From IMG/VR virus record IMGVR_UViG_3300027857_000019, positions 1-63,022 of that record: 63,022 nucleotides of DNA. One strand, written 5' to 3'. This DNA is from a virus (Duplodnaviria; Caudoviricetes). Of the stretch, positions 48,999-58,441 are shown piece after piece (position 1 is the first letter of the stretch; each line of letters opens with the position of its first letter). The position numbers and the translations under genes were made by a program. Under the pieces are notes generated by a model. The model did no database searches. It was given only the letters and a program-made list of their open reading frames with translations, and had not been told where the DNA came from.

Positions 48999-49325
48999 AT
49001 GCTCAAAAGGTTGACGCACGTTCTCGCAGGAGTTGTTCTGACCATCATGCTATGGGGTGTATGGACGGTCGCCCACAACGGTCTTATCGCTTCCCATCTC
49101 GCGGTTAAGCCGCCGGAAATTACGCGCTACGGGCCTCCAACTTTTGGCGACGAAGAGGCTCCAGGCTGTATCTCAATCACTGAGGACGATCCTGGAATAG
49201 CTGTAACAGCTGAGTCGCGCTCGGCTCTAAAGAGTTACTCCGATAGGAACTTTAAGATCCGGCCATGCGCCAAAATGTCAAGCAGGCGGGCAATGGAATC
49301 ATTGCGCCAGAAAGGAAACAGATGA
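48999..49325 (+). CDS. Single-TM/exported hypothetical protein
   Basis: N-terminal hydrophobic helix; Cys pair. Confidence 0.5.
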   Translation: MLKRLTHVLAGVVLTIMLWGVWTVAHNGLIASHLAVKPPEITRYGPPTFGDEEAPGCISITEDDPGIAVTAESRSALKSYSDRNFKIRPCAKMSSRRAMESLRQKGNR

Positions 49326-49837
49326 ATCGAAGACTTCAGAGAAGACTTGAGAGGATTTCCTCCTACTGTATCGGCGCATTGGTGGTCGTAGTGTGGATAG
49401 TAACGACAATCGTCGCCGCAGAGACGCCGAAGCCTAAGGATGCTCACCAGTCGGGACTCGTGACTTCCGCTCCGGCTCCCGCAAAGGATACTTCCGTCAC
49501 TCCGTTGCCAGCTTCGATGTCCACGGCGGAATTGAAAGCTAAGCCCTTTGCCGAAGCCGTTCAAGCGCCACCGCAAGAATCCATCGCCAAACCAGCGCCG
49601 CCGCCCGTCATCCCCGAGAAACTGGAGATCCTCTATTTTCGCGCCGCGCTGGAAAGCGTGACTGCCGCACGCGCGGCCGACCAAGCCTTTGAGCGCGAGA
49701 AAGCTGTGAGTAAGGAAGTGCAGACCGCCTGCGGTTCAGCCTTCACGCCCACTGAACAGATGCGCCCCGACGGCAAACCGGCCGGTCGCCTGATCTGCGC
49801 TCCACTCCCAGCGCCTCCCGCCCCTCCCGCCAAATAG
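49322..49837 (+). CDS. Membrane-anchored periplasmic protein (spanin-like possible)
   Basis: Basic N-terminus + TM, Pro-rich linker, coiled coil, two Cys. Confidence 0.5.
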   Translation: MNRRLQRRLERISSYCIGALVVVVWIVTTIVAAETPKPKDAHQSGLVTSAPAPAKDTSVTPLPASMSTAELKAKPFAEAVQAPPQESIAKPAPPPVIPEKLEILYFRAALESVTAARAADQAFEREKAVSKEVQTACGSAFTPTEQMRPDGKPAGRLICAPLPAPPAPPAK

Positions 49838-49841
49838 CCGC

Positions 49842-49881
49842 TTGACATTTGCAATCTGCTAGCACATGATGGCAGATAGCA
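49842..49881 (+). promoter_or_regulatory. Promoter TTGACA-17-CATGAT with overlapping inverted repeat TGCAATCTGC/GCAGATAGCA
   Basis: Read directly, upstream of a small RHH gene. Confidence 0.55.
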
Positions 49882-50022
49882 ATGCCGAAGCCTGTCTACT
49901 GCCGCTTGGAGGATCCGATTTACGAGCGCTTCGTGAAGGCTGCGAACGCCGAGTATCTGTCTCTATCGAGTGCAATGCGGCAGGCAATCGCAATGTGGCT
50001 GAAGAAAAAGGAGAAACGATGA
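49882..50022 (+). CDS. Ribbon-helix-helix DNA-binding protein (46 aa)
   Basis: Manual translation MPKPVYCRLEDPIYERFVKAANAEYLSLSSAMRQAIAMWLKK. Confidence 0.7.
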   Translation: MPKPVYCRLEDPIYERFVKAANAEYLSLSSAMRQAIAMWLKKKEKR

Positions 50023-50306
50023 AGCCGACAATTCTGAATATCCAGGGCTCGAACCCGAGCGGAATGGGCGATCCGGCGGCCGACCCACGTGGCCCACAGT
50101 CCATCACCGTCAACGGCAGCGGCCTTGCCAATGCCAAGTTTTTCATTTACGAAGGCCCCGGCGTCGAGGAAGGCGTACGGGCGTACTTCCCGAACGACAC
50201 GAGCCTCCTGGCAGTGGCGAAACTGCTGGTCAAAGGACCGTATCAGGCGCTTGTCGTGACTAGTGACGGGCAGGCGAGCGATTGGTTCAGCTTTCAGGTG
50301 GGGTAA
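50019..50306 (+). CDS. IPT/Ig-like small protein
   Basis: AAGGAG RBS; QSITVNGSGL...DGQASDWFSFQV pattern. Confidence 0.6.
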   Translation: MKPTILNIQGSNPSGMGDPAADPRGPQSITVNGSGLANAKFFIYEGPGVEEGVRAYFPNDTSLLAVAKLLVKGPYQALVVTSDGQASDWFSFQVG

Positions 50307-50309
50307 CGC

Positions 50310-50711
50310 ATGAGCCTTTGGCAGGATATCCTCGTGCAATTCGGCATCATTCCACCACCGCTGACTTGGGCGCCAGCCTATGAGCAGGTGTACATCACCT
50401 TCACGTGGCCTGATGGCTCTCAAATACAGTACCCGATGGACCCGCACGAACAGGTCACGGCAGATACGGCTGAGCACCTACGGGCGATCTACGACCCGCA
50501 GGGCACGGTCGTGGAGCATTCCATTCTCGGCGAGGGTGGGCCGTCTGTCGGGCCAGCGCTACGATTCCTACAGTGGCCTGCGACCCCAGACGGCAAGCAG
50601 GTGTCTATTCTCGCCTCGGCGCTTGCGAAGGCTTGGGATCAGTATCCGCTGGACCCAAAGCAGGCGGATGCTGCGGTGCGCAAGATAATCGCAGGGTATG
50701 GGGCCGCCTGA
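50310..50711 (+). CDS. Hypothetical protein
   Basis: 133 aa, in operon. Confidence 0.6.
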   Translation: MSLWQDILVQFGIIPPPLTWAPAYEQVYITFTWPDGSQIQYPMDPHEQVTADTAEHLRAIYDPQGTVVEHSILGEGGPSVGPALRFLQWPATPDGKQVSILASALAKAWDQYPLDPKQADAAVRKIIAGYGAA

Positions 50712-50714
50712 TCC

Positions 50715-51068
50715 GTGGCCGCAGTCGTCGTCCCAATCCTCGCCGCACTGGAACCTGTGATAGCCCCACTCGTGATTCAGTTGATTGACAAAGCCTTTCC
50801 GCCGCGGACTGGCTCAACCAAGTTCACGACTGCCGTTTCCTGGTTCGAGAGCCTCTTTGCTGGACTGGCGAAGGTTAATCCTGCAACCGCCGTGCCCGAT
50901 CAGCCGACCATATCCGGTTGGGTTCAGAGCCTCGTGGACGGACTAAATAAGGCAGGAGCGTTGAAGGGACCGGCGACCGTCATCCCGACGACAACTGGCG
51001 GATTGGACAATGCCATCTCCGTGCTAAACTGGCTGAAAAGTTCACCGATACCAATTGGAGGCGTATGA
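50715..51068 (+). CDS. Amphipathic/holin-like hypothetical protein
   Basis: 117 aa, hydrophobic N-terminus. Confidence 0.5.
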   Translation: MAAVVVPILAALEPVIAPLVIQLIDKAFPPRTGSTKFTTAVSWFESLFAGLAKVNPATAVPDQPTISGWVQSLVDGLNKAGALKGPATVIPTTTGGLDNAISVLNWLKSSPIPIGGV

Positions 51069-51222
51069 CCGACCCGCTTGACAAACTAATCGAGAAGGCC
51101 AAGGTGGATATTGAGACCGCCGTGCAACTAGCTTTGGCGAGGATGGCGCTCGGCAGAATCGTATCCATCAATCCAGCTTGGGCCGACCGGGCGAAGGCTG
51201 CGCTGGACAGCACCGGAGAAGA

Positions 51223-51924
51223 GTGAGCTTCGACCCGGCGCTCTGCCTAGACCCAATTCTCAAACTCTCTCAGGCAGCGTACAATCCCGCGCTGATGCCG
51301 GCCGGATGGGAGATCGTAGCGACGGTCCAGCCGGGAGACTTTGGCTTTCTCGTGGCGAACAGCCACCCAGCCGTATCAGTTGCGGCCTTCATTATCCGCG
51401 GCACGGAGCATCTTGAGGAGTGGCTGGCAGACTTCGACGCGCGACCAGTGCCCGATCTATACGGTGGTTGCGGACACGTGGCGCGAGGCTTTCAGGATGT
51501 GTACTCCGAAATCCGCACCAGTCTATTCAGGCCATTGTTGCCGGCCTTCGCGTATGACGAATTGCACGTGATCGGGCATTCGCTCGGAGGAGCGCTATCG
51601 CAGTTGTTCGCGAAGGAGTTAGCCATGCGCTTCCAGCGCAAGATGACGGATGGCCCGAAGATTGTGGTAGAGCCGACGCTATGGACCTTCGAGTCTCCGC
51701 GCCCGTTCTGGATGGACGCCGTGCAGGAGTTCAACCAACTGGTAACGGAGTACTGGCGCGTTGAGAACCGGCCTGACATCGTGCCGCACGCTCCGCCTAC
51801 CGATGCTGGATACCAAGCTGGTGGATCGCTTGTGGCTGTCAGTGCGCCGTTCTCGCTGGACGTGCATGTCAACCACTCGCTGGCTTCGGTTGCACTGGGC
51901 TTGCAGAAGTTGGTAACGTCATGA
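51223..51924 (+). CDS. Class 3 lipase (alpha/beta hydrolase)
   Basis: IRGT, EWLADF, VARGF, GHSLGG nucleophile elbow, DIVPH, NHS. Confidence 0.9.
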   Translation: MSFDPALCLDPILKLSQAAYNPALMPAGWEIVATVQPGDFGFLVANSHPAVSVAAFIIRGTEHLEEWLADFDARPVPDLYGGCGHVARGFQDVYSEIRTSLFRPLLPAFAYDELHVIGHSLGGALSQLFAKELAMRFQRKMTDGPKIVVEPTLWTFESPRPFWMDAVQEFNQLVTEYWRVENRPDIVPHAPPTDAGYQAGGSLVAVSAPFSLDVHVNHSLASVALGLQKLVTS

Positions 51925-52323
51925 CCATGCGCGAGATCATCCTGCAAGTGCTGACTGCTCGCGCCGTGCCTGATGCCGACGCGCTGGCTACCGAACTTGC
52001 AGCCGCCCTCGAAGCCGCCAACTTCGCGCAGTGGACCGGCATCGGCGGGCGCTTCGAGTACATGGAATCATACGGCGGTTTGTGACCGAAGAATCGTTTC
52101 GGATTGCAGATGGCCGTATCAACTTCAAGGATCTCGGCTCATACAACAAGCGCGTCAAGATTCAGCTTGGCTTTCACGTCAATTGGCGACGTAGCGGCTG
52201 GCTGCAAAAGACGCGCCCAAAGCGCTACAAGTGCATATCGCGCGATCACGCGAAGCACAGGAGGATGGCGCACACGCGCATGAAAAAGGTGCGATAATCG
52301 TAGCAATCAGTACCGTTTTGAAG

Positions 52324-52355
52324 AAGGCCCGGACGCAGCACTCCGGGCCGTTTCT
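52324..52355 (+). terminator. Intrinsic terminator-like hairpin
   Basis: GGCCCGGA-CGCAGCAC-TCCGGGCC followed by GTTTCT. Confidence 0.6.
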
Positions 52356-52384
52356 ATTGGCGCGAAAATAAATTGAGATTTCGC

Positions 52385-52414
52385 TTGACTGCAAATCATC
52401 ATCCGTAGTAATGT
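52385..52414 (+). promoter_or_regulatory. Promoter TTGACT-18-TAATGT (leaderless) for the recombination/replication operon
   Basis: ATG 6 nt after the -10. Confidence 0.55.
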
Positions 52415-52420
52415 TTGAGC

Positions 52421-52573
52421 ATGGCAACATTGCAACCGAAAAAGTTGACGGTAGCCCTGCCCGAAGATCTCCACAAAAAACTAAAGCTTCAATCCAAGCG
52501 CGAGGGTCGAATTATGCAGCGCGTGGTCGAGGAGATACTACTCGAAGGGTTGAAGCGGAGGGCCACGGCGTGA
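52421..52573 (+). CDS. Arc/CopG-like ribbon-helix-helix regulator (50 aa)
   Basis: Manual translation MATLQPKKLTVALPEDLHKKLKLQSKREGRIMQRVVEEILLEGL. Confidence 0.8.
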   Translation: MATLQPKKLTVALPEDLHKKLKLQSKREGRIMQRVVEEILLEGLKRRATA

Positions 52574-53007
52574 GCGAAACCAACCAAGCAGAATTTAAAG
52601 GATGGGCCAAAGTTGAGGTGATGGGCCATCAATCCCACATCGGCCTTGTGACCACCGAGGCCTATGGGCAGGCGGTTTTATTCCGCATCGATTCGCCCGA
52701 AGTTCCCGAAGCGGAAGAAACGCTCGATGTTGCCGACTGGGTAGGTGAACAGCGCTGCCCGGCTGGCACGGTTGTCAAACGACCCAAGATTGAGGCGCAC
52801 TCCGTTCTGGTTGGCTCAGGATCAATCTACCGGATAATCCCCTGCTCGGAAGCGGCCGCCATGAAGGCTATACGCTCAGGGCAACGACGCCCGTTGATGC
52901 TGGTGAGGTTGCCTGAAGGCCACGCCTTGCCCGCGCCGAATGGACCATCCGTCACCGTAGACACTTGGGAGCCTCGGGAAGAGGAAGACTTCGAGGATAC
53001 CATATGA
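52570..53007 (+). CDS. Conserved phage hypothetical protein (WAKVEVMGH motif)
   Basis: GTGA overlap with the RHH gene; IYRIIPCSEAAA. Confidence 0.7.
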   Translation: MSETNQAEFKGWAKVEVMGHQSHIGLVTTEAYGQAVLFRIDSPEVPEAEETLDVADWVGEQRCPAGTVVKRPKIEAHSVLVGSGSIYRIIPCSEAAAMKAIRSGQRRPLMLVRLPEGHALPAPNGPSVTVDTWEPREEEDFEDTI

Positions 53008-53197
53008 ACAGCACCCTCATCGGGCATGACACAGTTACCGCCATCCTGAGCGGCGCGATCCGCATTCGCCCGCTGGCCGGAGCAATCGAGATCACGTCGC
53101 AGGATACGCGCCTGCTCATACCGGGCGACAAGATTCTGGACGTGGAGACGCTCGCGCCGGAGCCGCTCAGGTTTCCAGCGAACCGCGAAGATGGAGG

Positions 53198-54451
53198 ATG
53201 GCTGTGAGCGACACCCTGCAAAACGATAGCGCCCTGGTCAAGCAGGCGGAAAAGAGCTTGCTCAACGTGCTTGGCAAGTACCAGAAATCGCTGCAAGCTG
53301 TACTCGGCGATGAGATCAAGCAGCGCCGGTTCATGTGGTTAATTGTTAACAATATCAGGGGAAATCCAGCGCTGCTAGGCTGCACTCCGCTGAGCTTCAT
53401 CAACGCTGTCATGCTTGCGAGCCAGATGAAGATTGAGATTCGGCGCAACTCAGCCTATCTGATCCCCTACGGCAAGGAATGCCAACTGCTAGTGGATTAC
53501 CGCAGTAAGCTGGACCTCGCACGGCGCAGCGGTCAGATCGGCGGCATTACCCTGAATCTGGTCTACGAGGGCGATGAATTCGAGTATGAGGAAACGGCTC
53601 GCGGCGTAGTATTCCGTCACAAGCCCCTACAATATCGCAGCCGTGATGGCAAACTGTGGACCGTGCCAGTTGATGAACGCGGGGAAGTGGTACTCGGATA
53701 CTCGCTCGCACGGCTGACGAATGCACAGGAACCGCAAATTGACATTATGAGTCTTGGGGAGATCGAGGGTATTCGGCGGCGTGCGAAGTCCGGTGCCGGA
53801 GTCCCGTTCAACCACTACGGCAAGACCATGCCAGCGCTGTCGTTGGCGGAGATTCGCAAATTGGATGTCTCCAAGATGGCTTTTCGCGATCCGTACCGAC
53901 TGCCGTGGATCACTGACTGGAATCAGATGGCCCGCAAAACTCTGGCGCACCGCGGCGCGAACTATTGGCCGCAGAGCCCAGAACTGGCACTCTCGCAGGA
54001 CGTGGACGACGGTAACGACACGGGCAATCAGCCGATGGCGATAGGCGCGGAGGAACTCGCGGATGTTATGGACCCGGTGGACAATCAGCCGCTCGTTCAG
54101 ATACCCGACAATCCCGACGAACAGCGACAAGCGCAAGGAGCCATTGCCGAGCAGAAGATTACGGAACTGAGCAAGGCGACTCAGAAGCGCGGCCGACCGC
54201 CCAAGCAGGAGCCGGAGCAAGCGCCGCTGGTTGACATCGCGCAGCAATCCGAGCCAGAGCACGAGATGTCGCAGGAGGAAAAGCTTTTCTGGAGCATTCC
54301 AGACCGCCGCAAGATGTGGGATCAGTTCCGAGTGCAACTTGGACAGGACCGCTACCAGCAGATTGTGAACGATAACGACAGCGCTCTAAACTTTGTCTGC
54401 TACCAAGCTATGCAAGAAGCGCTGAAGGCCGACAAGGAGCAACCCTGGTGA
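53198..54451 (+). CDS. recT: RecT-family ssDNA-annealing recombinase
   Basis: NPALLGCTPLSF, AYLIPY, QLLVDYR..LDLARRSG, VYEGDEF, W.TDWNQMARKT. Confidence 0.9.
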   Translation: MAVSDTLQNDSALVKQAEKSLLNVLGKYQKSLQAVLGDEIKQRRFMWLIVNNIRGNPALLGCTPLSFINAVMLASQMKIEIRRNSAYLIPYGKECQLLVDYRSKLDLARRSGQIGGITLNLVYEGDEFEYEETARGVVFRHKPLQYRSRDGKLWTVPVDERGEVVLGYSLARLTNAQEPQIDIMSLGEIEGIRRRAKSGAGVPFNHYGKTMPALSLAEIRKLDVSKMAFRDPYRLPWITDWNQMARKTLAHRGANYWPQSPELALSQDVDDGNDTGNQPMAIGAEELADVMDPVDNQPLVQIPDNPDEQRQAQGAIAEQKITELSKATQKRGRPPKQEPEQAPLVDIAQQSEPEHEMSQEEKLFWSIPDRRKMWDQFRVQLGQDRYQQIVNDNDSALNFVCYQAMQEALKADKEQPW

Positions 54452-55199
54452 TCCGCTGCCGTATCTTTGGCTGTTACATGGAGCACCATCAGGCTCAGTG
54501 CTGTGAGCGTTGCGGAGCGTGGTATCTCGACCCGGAGTTCGTGGGTTGCAGCATCGCCCATCGGGGTCGCGTGGCACTCTCGCGCTGGTGGTCGTACCTG
54601 AAGTATCGCTGCCCAGTTCGGCGGTGTCCTGAGTGCTCGCGGCTGTACTGGGGCGAGAGTCTATGCTGTAGCGAGGAGTGCGACCGAAAATACGTGCCTT
54701 TTTGAGGCGGCAATGTCATTGCAAATTAACATCCCGGCCACATTCACCGTAACGCTGGAAGACGGGCGATCGATAATCCTCAGCGAGGAAGATTTATTCG
54801 CGACGTGGAGTTTTGGGCACGGCAATCCTGTGGACTTTGGGCAGTACATGAACTTCCTAAAGTTTCTCGCGGAACTTGGCAGGAGGGGCGGTGTATAGCA
54901 CGCAACCAGCCCGGGAGCACGCCATCCTCGTTTTGTCGCGCCCCGGCTTCATGCTCGCGCTGCCGGAGGATGTGTTTGCGTTAATTGAACTGCTGGAGGA
55001 TGACGTTGAAGCGTCTCTTACTTCTGATTAGCGACTTGTCCGACCTGCCGATCAGTAGGTCGGCTGCGTGGCGGCGCATTGGTGAGAACGTTCGAAGCCT
55101 GGATCGGGGTGATGCTTGTCACGGCGAAGTGTCGCACCGCGATAACTCCTTAAGCGCCCCGATCCAGACTTGGGATGTAGTTCACAAGGGAGGCGAGTA

Positions 55200-55574
55200 A
55201 TGGGCGATTGCGATGTTTGCATCGGCGTGGAAGTAGACGGCTACTGCGAATTCTCCGAAACGAAGATTCGCAAGGCGCGAAAGCCAGCAAAGTGCTGTGA
55301 ATGCCAGCAACCCATCCAGATCGGTGAGCAATACGAAGTGACGACGATGATTTACGAAGGGGAATTCTGTAAATATCGGACATGCCTGCTTTGTGTTGAA
55401 ATTCGGCGCGTCTTCACATGCGGCGAGGGATTTTATTATGAATCTTTGTGGGAAGAAATGGAGGAATACGCCTTTGAACGTCTGACCACGGCGAGCAAGT
55501 GCTTTCGCGAACTATCACCAGAGGCGAAGGCGTTTGTTTTGGAGCGCTGGCGACGATGGAAGGGACTGCAATGA
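55200..55574 (+). CDS. Zn-finger phage protein
   Basis: KARKPAKCCEC..I.IGEQY...TCLLC. Confidence 0.7.
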   Translation: MGDCDVCIGVEVDGYCEFSETKIRKARKPAKCCECQQPIQIGEQYEVTTMIYEGEFCKYRTCLLCVEIRRVFTCGEGFYYESLWEEMEEYAFERLTTASKCFRELSPEAKAFVLERWRRWKGLQ

Positions 55575-56020
55575 CCGACGCTTGGACCGAGGCCGAAATT
55601 GCCTTGCGGAATGCGCGAGTCTTTGGGACCGCTCAGCAGTCGGCTAAACCTGTGATCTTACATGCTAAGGACCAGCGGGCTAAAGGTCGCGTCCGCGTGT
55701 CGAAGGGTATGAATAAGACCGAGGCCCGATATGAGGCTCACCTAGCGATGCGCAAGCGCCTTGGTGAGGTCTTGTTTTACCGCTTCGAGTTTGTGACGGT
55801 CAAGATTGCGGAGGATACGAGGTATACCGCCGATTTTACGGTGATGCTGGCTGACGGTTCCATGGAACTCCACGATTGTAAGATTATTCGCAGCGGGCAG
55901 GACCGAGCGCATATTGAGGATGACAGCCTTGTCAAGATGTGCGTGGCAGCAGAATCGCCGTTCGTAGTGAAGGCTGTATGGCCTCTGCCGAGTGGCGAGT
56001 GGGGGGAGAGAGAGTTTTGA
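55571..56020 (+). CDS. PD-(D/E)xK endonuclease (DUF1064-like)
   Basis: MNKTEARY...RYTADF...ELHDCK. Confidence 0.75.
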   Translation: MTDAWTEAEIALRNARVFGTAQQSAKPVILHAKDQRAKGRVRVSKGMNKTEARYEAHLAMRKRLGEVLFYRFEFVTVKIAEDTRYTADFTVMLADGSMELHDCKIIRSGQDRAHIEDDSLVKMCVAAESPFVVKAVWPLPSGEWGEREF

Positions 56021-56395
56021 ATGCAGCGTCCTGAGCACACGCCGAAGCGCATTCAAAGGAAGCGCACCAAAGGCTATAAAATGCCTCCAGGCTGCGTTTA
56101 CGTTGGGCGACCGACAATTTGGGGAAATCCGTTCAAGTTGACGGATGACAAGAGCCTTGGTCAGATTGTCCGAGAGTACCAATTATGGCTGGCCGGTGAG
56201 AAGGAAATTGACGACGGTGGGTTGCGACGGTTTGCAGTGCTGGGGAGGCTCTCGGAATTGCGAGGGAGGGACCTCGCTTGCTGGTGTCCCCTTAACTGTC
56301 CGTGCCATGCTGATGTGCTCTTGGAGACTTACGAGACGGCACGCGAGAAGGTGCTGGCTAGCATGGAGATCGCGACTGAGTTGAGAACCAAATGA
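56021..56395 (+). CDS. DUF4326-like protein
   Basis: YVGRPTIWGNPF...ELRGRDLACWCP...CHADVL. Confidence 0.85.
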   Translation: MQRPEHTPKRIQRKRTKGYKMPPGCVYVGRPTIWGNPFKLTDDKSLGQIVREYQLWLAGEKEIDDGGLRRFAVLGRLSELRGRDLACWCPLNCPCHADVLLETYETAREKVLASMEIATELRTK

Positions 56396-56845
56396 TTGTG
56401 CATGACCATTTCGAGGGATCGGCTCACTGTATTGAATGCGATGGCCCATGCCTATTGAAAGGTGAAGACCGCGCACTGACAGATTTTCTCCGCTGGACAT
56501 TGGAACACCATGCTCGTTCGTGGACTCACCTCAGATCCTTCGAGGAAGATGCGCTCCGACGGCTAGTTGGACTAGACAAGGCGTGTAAGCTCTGGCAACG
56601 GGCTCGTGAGAGCGCTGAAAGAATCAATGCGTTAGTGGGGAAGCCATGAGCGAGCCGAACCGCGCCGACGACCTGACGCGACAGGAGGAGAGTGCCTTCC
56701 TGGATGAAGAGGGCCTGTGGGACCATGGCGATCCCTACCTTGACGAGGAGGACTATGACGATCCCGATGGCATTCTACGCCGCGACAGAGACGTAGAGGT
56801 TGACGCTCGCAACGACCGGCGGAAGGCGCGCCCGTGATTTTTCCC

Positions 56846-56874
56846 TTGATTGATTGTCATGACTACGCTAGAAT
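56846..56874 (+). promoter_or_regulatory. Sigma70-like promoter upstream of the replication gene
   Basis: TTGATT-17-TAGAAT. Confidence 0.65.
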
Positions 56875-56972
56875 ATCCGTATCGAGAGCAGTACCGTTTA
56901 GCGGCGGGCTCGAATCGGATTTCCGGTCCCGGTGGGGTGCCATCCACACCCCACCACCCGGACTTCCCTTGG

Positions 56973-57638
56973 ATGGAGGGATTTACGAAATCACGACCTT
57001 GGATTAGACTCTATACCGAAGTCCCAGACGACCCGAAGGTCCAAGGGCTAACCGGGAACCTCTTCAAATTTTGGATTAACTGTCTCTGTCTGGCCGGGAG
57101 AAACGACGGCTGGCTCCCGCCAGATGAACAGATAGCTTGGTGTCTTCGTGAACAGCCGTCGAAAATAGCCACAATGAAGCGTCAATTAGTGGTCGCTGGA
57201 CTTGTCGATGAAACGCCTGAAGGCGGTTACAGTCCGCACTCATGGAACGACCGACAATATGAGACGGACGTTTCTACGGAACGGGTAAGGCGGTTGCGGG
57301 AACGGGAACGGAAACGCCTCGAAACGGTTTCAGCAAACGGTTCCTCCTCTGTCTGCTCTGCTCTGTCTGTTCTGTCTGAAAATAAAGAAACTTCCTTACA
57401 GAAAAATCCCAACTATCCCGCATGGTACGAATTACTCGTGCAATACCCTGGTGCGGCGAGACTTAAAGGGAGTCCCGACGTTGCGCTGGTAGACAGGTGC
57501 GCAATTATGTTCAGAGGAGACGTGGAAGCATTCGCCGGAGCTCTCCGAGAGTTGCACTTGAGCGGTAAGAAGCCGGATTTATCGTGGGGTTGGTTTTTGA
57601 CGGTACTGCCGCAGTATGTGGAGAATGGGCGGCCTTGA
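56973..57638 (+). CDS. Phage replication initiator (replisome-organiser type)
   Basis: WIRLYTEVPDDPKV, LCLAG, W.DRQY..STERVRRLRER; iteron-like repeats in the linker. Confidence 0.75.
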   Translation: MEGFTKSRPWIRLYTEVPDDPKVQGLTGNLFKFWINCLCLAGRNDGWLPPDEQIAWCLREQPSKIATMKRQLVVAGLVDETPEGGYSPHSWNDRQYETDVSTERVRRLRERERKRLETVSANGSSSVCSALSVLSENKETSLQKNPNYPAWYELLVQYPGAARLKGSPDVALVDRCAIMFRGDVEAFAGALRELHLSGKKPDLSWGWFLTVLPQYVENGRP

Positions 57639-57663
57639 AAATCCCCGCGCAAAGCGCGGAAGT
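57632..57663 (+). repeat. 32-bp hairpin-containing direct repeat, copy 1
   Basis: GCCTTGAAAATCCCCGCGCAAAGCGCGGAAGT; copy 2 at 58410. Confidence 0.8.
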
Positions 57664-57672
57664 GTGGACAGT

Positions 57673-58320
57673 ATGAAGCTTTTGGGACAAGGGCGGCAAG
57701 AAATGCAGAATTACCGCGTTATTGAAGTGGGCCGCAGCGCCGTCGATCACCTTGTCCGTGCTCATTACCTCCATCGCTGGCCCGGCGTGGTCACTGGCGT
57801 CCTCGCGCTGCTCGACGGAGGCCGACCGATAGGCGTCTTGGTTTTTGCCCTACCTCCGCGTGAAACTTTTAAACGGTATGGCGTCTCGTTAGCTTGGGAA
57901 CTCGCACGACTATTTATTGAGGATTGCACGCCGAAGAACACAGAGACGTGGTTCGTAGGTCGTGCGATTCGCTGGGTTCGCGAGTCAAAGCCAGATGTGG
58001 AATTGCTGGTTTCCTATGCCGATCCATCCGCGAACCACACGGGGGTTATCTACCGCGCTGGTAACTGGATTCAGGACGGGCGAACAGATCAGGAGCGGAA
58101 GACTCCGCGTTTTGACTATCTGTCAACCGGACGAACGATGCTCGCGCCACTCTTGAGCGAAGAGACGAGCGCGAAGCGGTATAGCCGTAAGGCCCATGTC
58201 AACGGTGACGATGTTTCCCGCATAGCCAGGGCGTCAAAATATCGTTTTATTTTTTGGCTGGACGGAAAGCACGAAAAGCGGAGGCGGGCTCTGCGGGGAC
58301 GCAACCAAGCTGAGGGATAG
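57673..58320 (+). CDS. Mom-like (GNAT) DNA adenine modification protein
   Basis: HYLHR, ELARLF..PKNTETWF, LVSYADP...HTGVIYRAGNW. Confidence 0.8.
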   Translation: MKLLGQGRQEMQNYRVIEVGRSAVDHLVRAHYLHRWPGVVTGVLALLDGGRPIGVLVFALPPRETFKRYGVSLAWELARLFIEDCTPKNTETWFVGRAIRWVRESKPDVELLVSYADPSANHTGVIYRAGNWIQDGRTDQERKTPRFDYLSTGRTMLAPLLSEETSAKRYSRKAHVNGDDVSRIARASKYRFIFWLDGKHEKRRRALRGRNQAEG

Positions 58321-58409
58321 CCTAGTGTGGGGCTCATCAAGACGATGAGGGGCGCGGAGGTTATGCTTTCGCGCCCAACACTTTACATCGGATTGAAAGA
58401 CCCCACTAT

Positions 58410-58441
58410 GCCTTGAAAATCCCCGCCCAACGGGCGGAAGT
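58410..58441 (+). repeat. 32-bp hairpin-containing direct repeat, copy 2
   Basis: GCCTTGAAAATCCCCGCCCAACGGGCGGAAGT. Confidence 0.8.

Noticed and set aside
52411-52569. N-terminal part of the 198-aa ORF in the track
   Set aside because: Better explained by an RHH gene in another frame (52421-52573) followed by a GTG start at 52570
10273-54337. Numerous antisense or alternate-frame ORFs over long genes (e.g. 15144-16118, 12606-13337, 53627-54337)
   Set aside because: Shadow ORFs expected in GC-rich DNA; no motifs or RBS
56900-56970. tRNA-like sequence (GGCTCGAATC)
   Set aside because: No cloverleaf or acceptor stem; no tRNA gene recognised in the window
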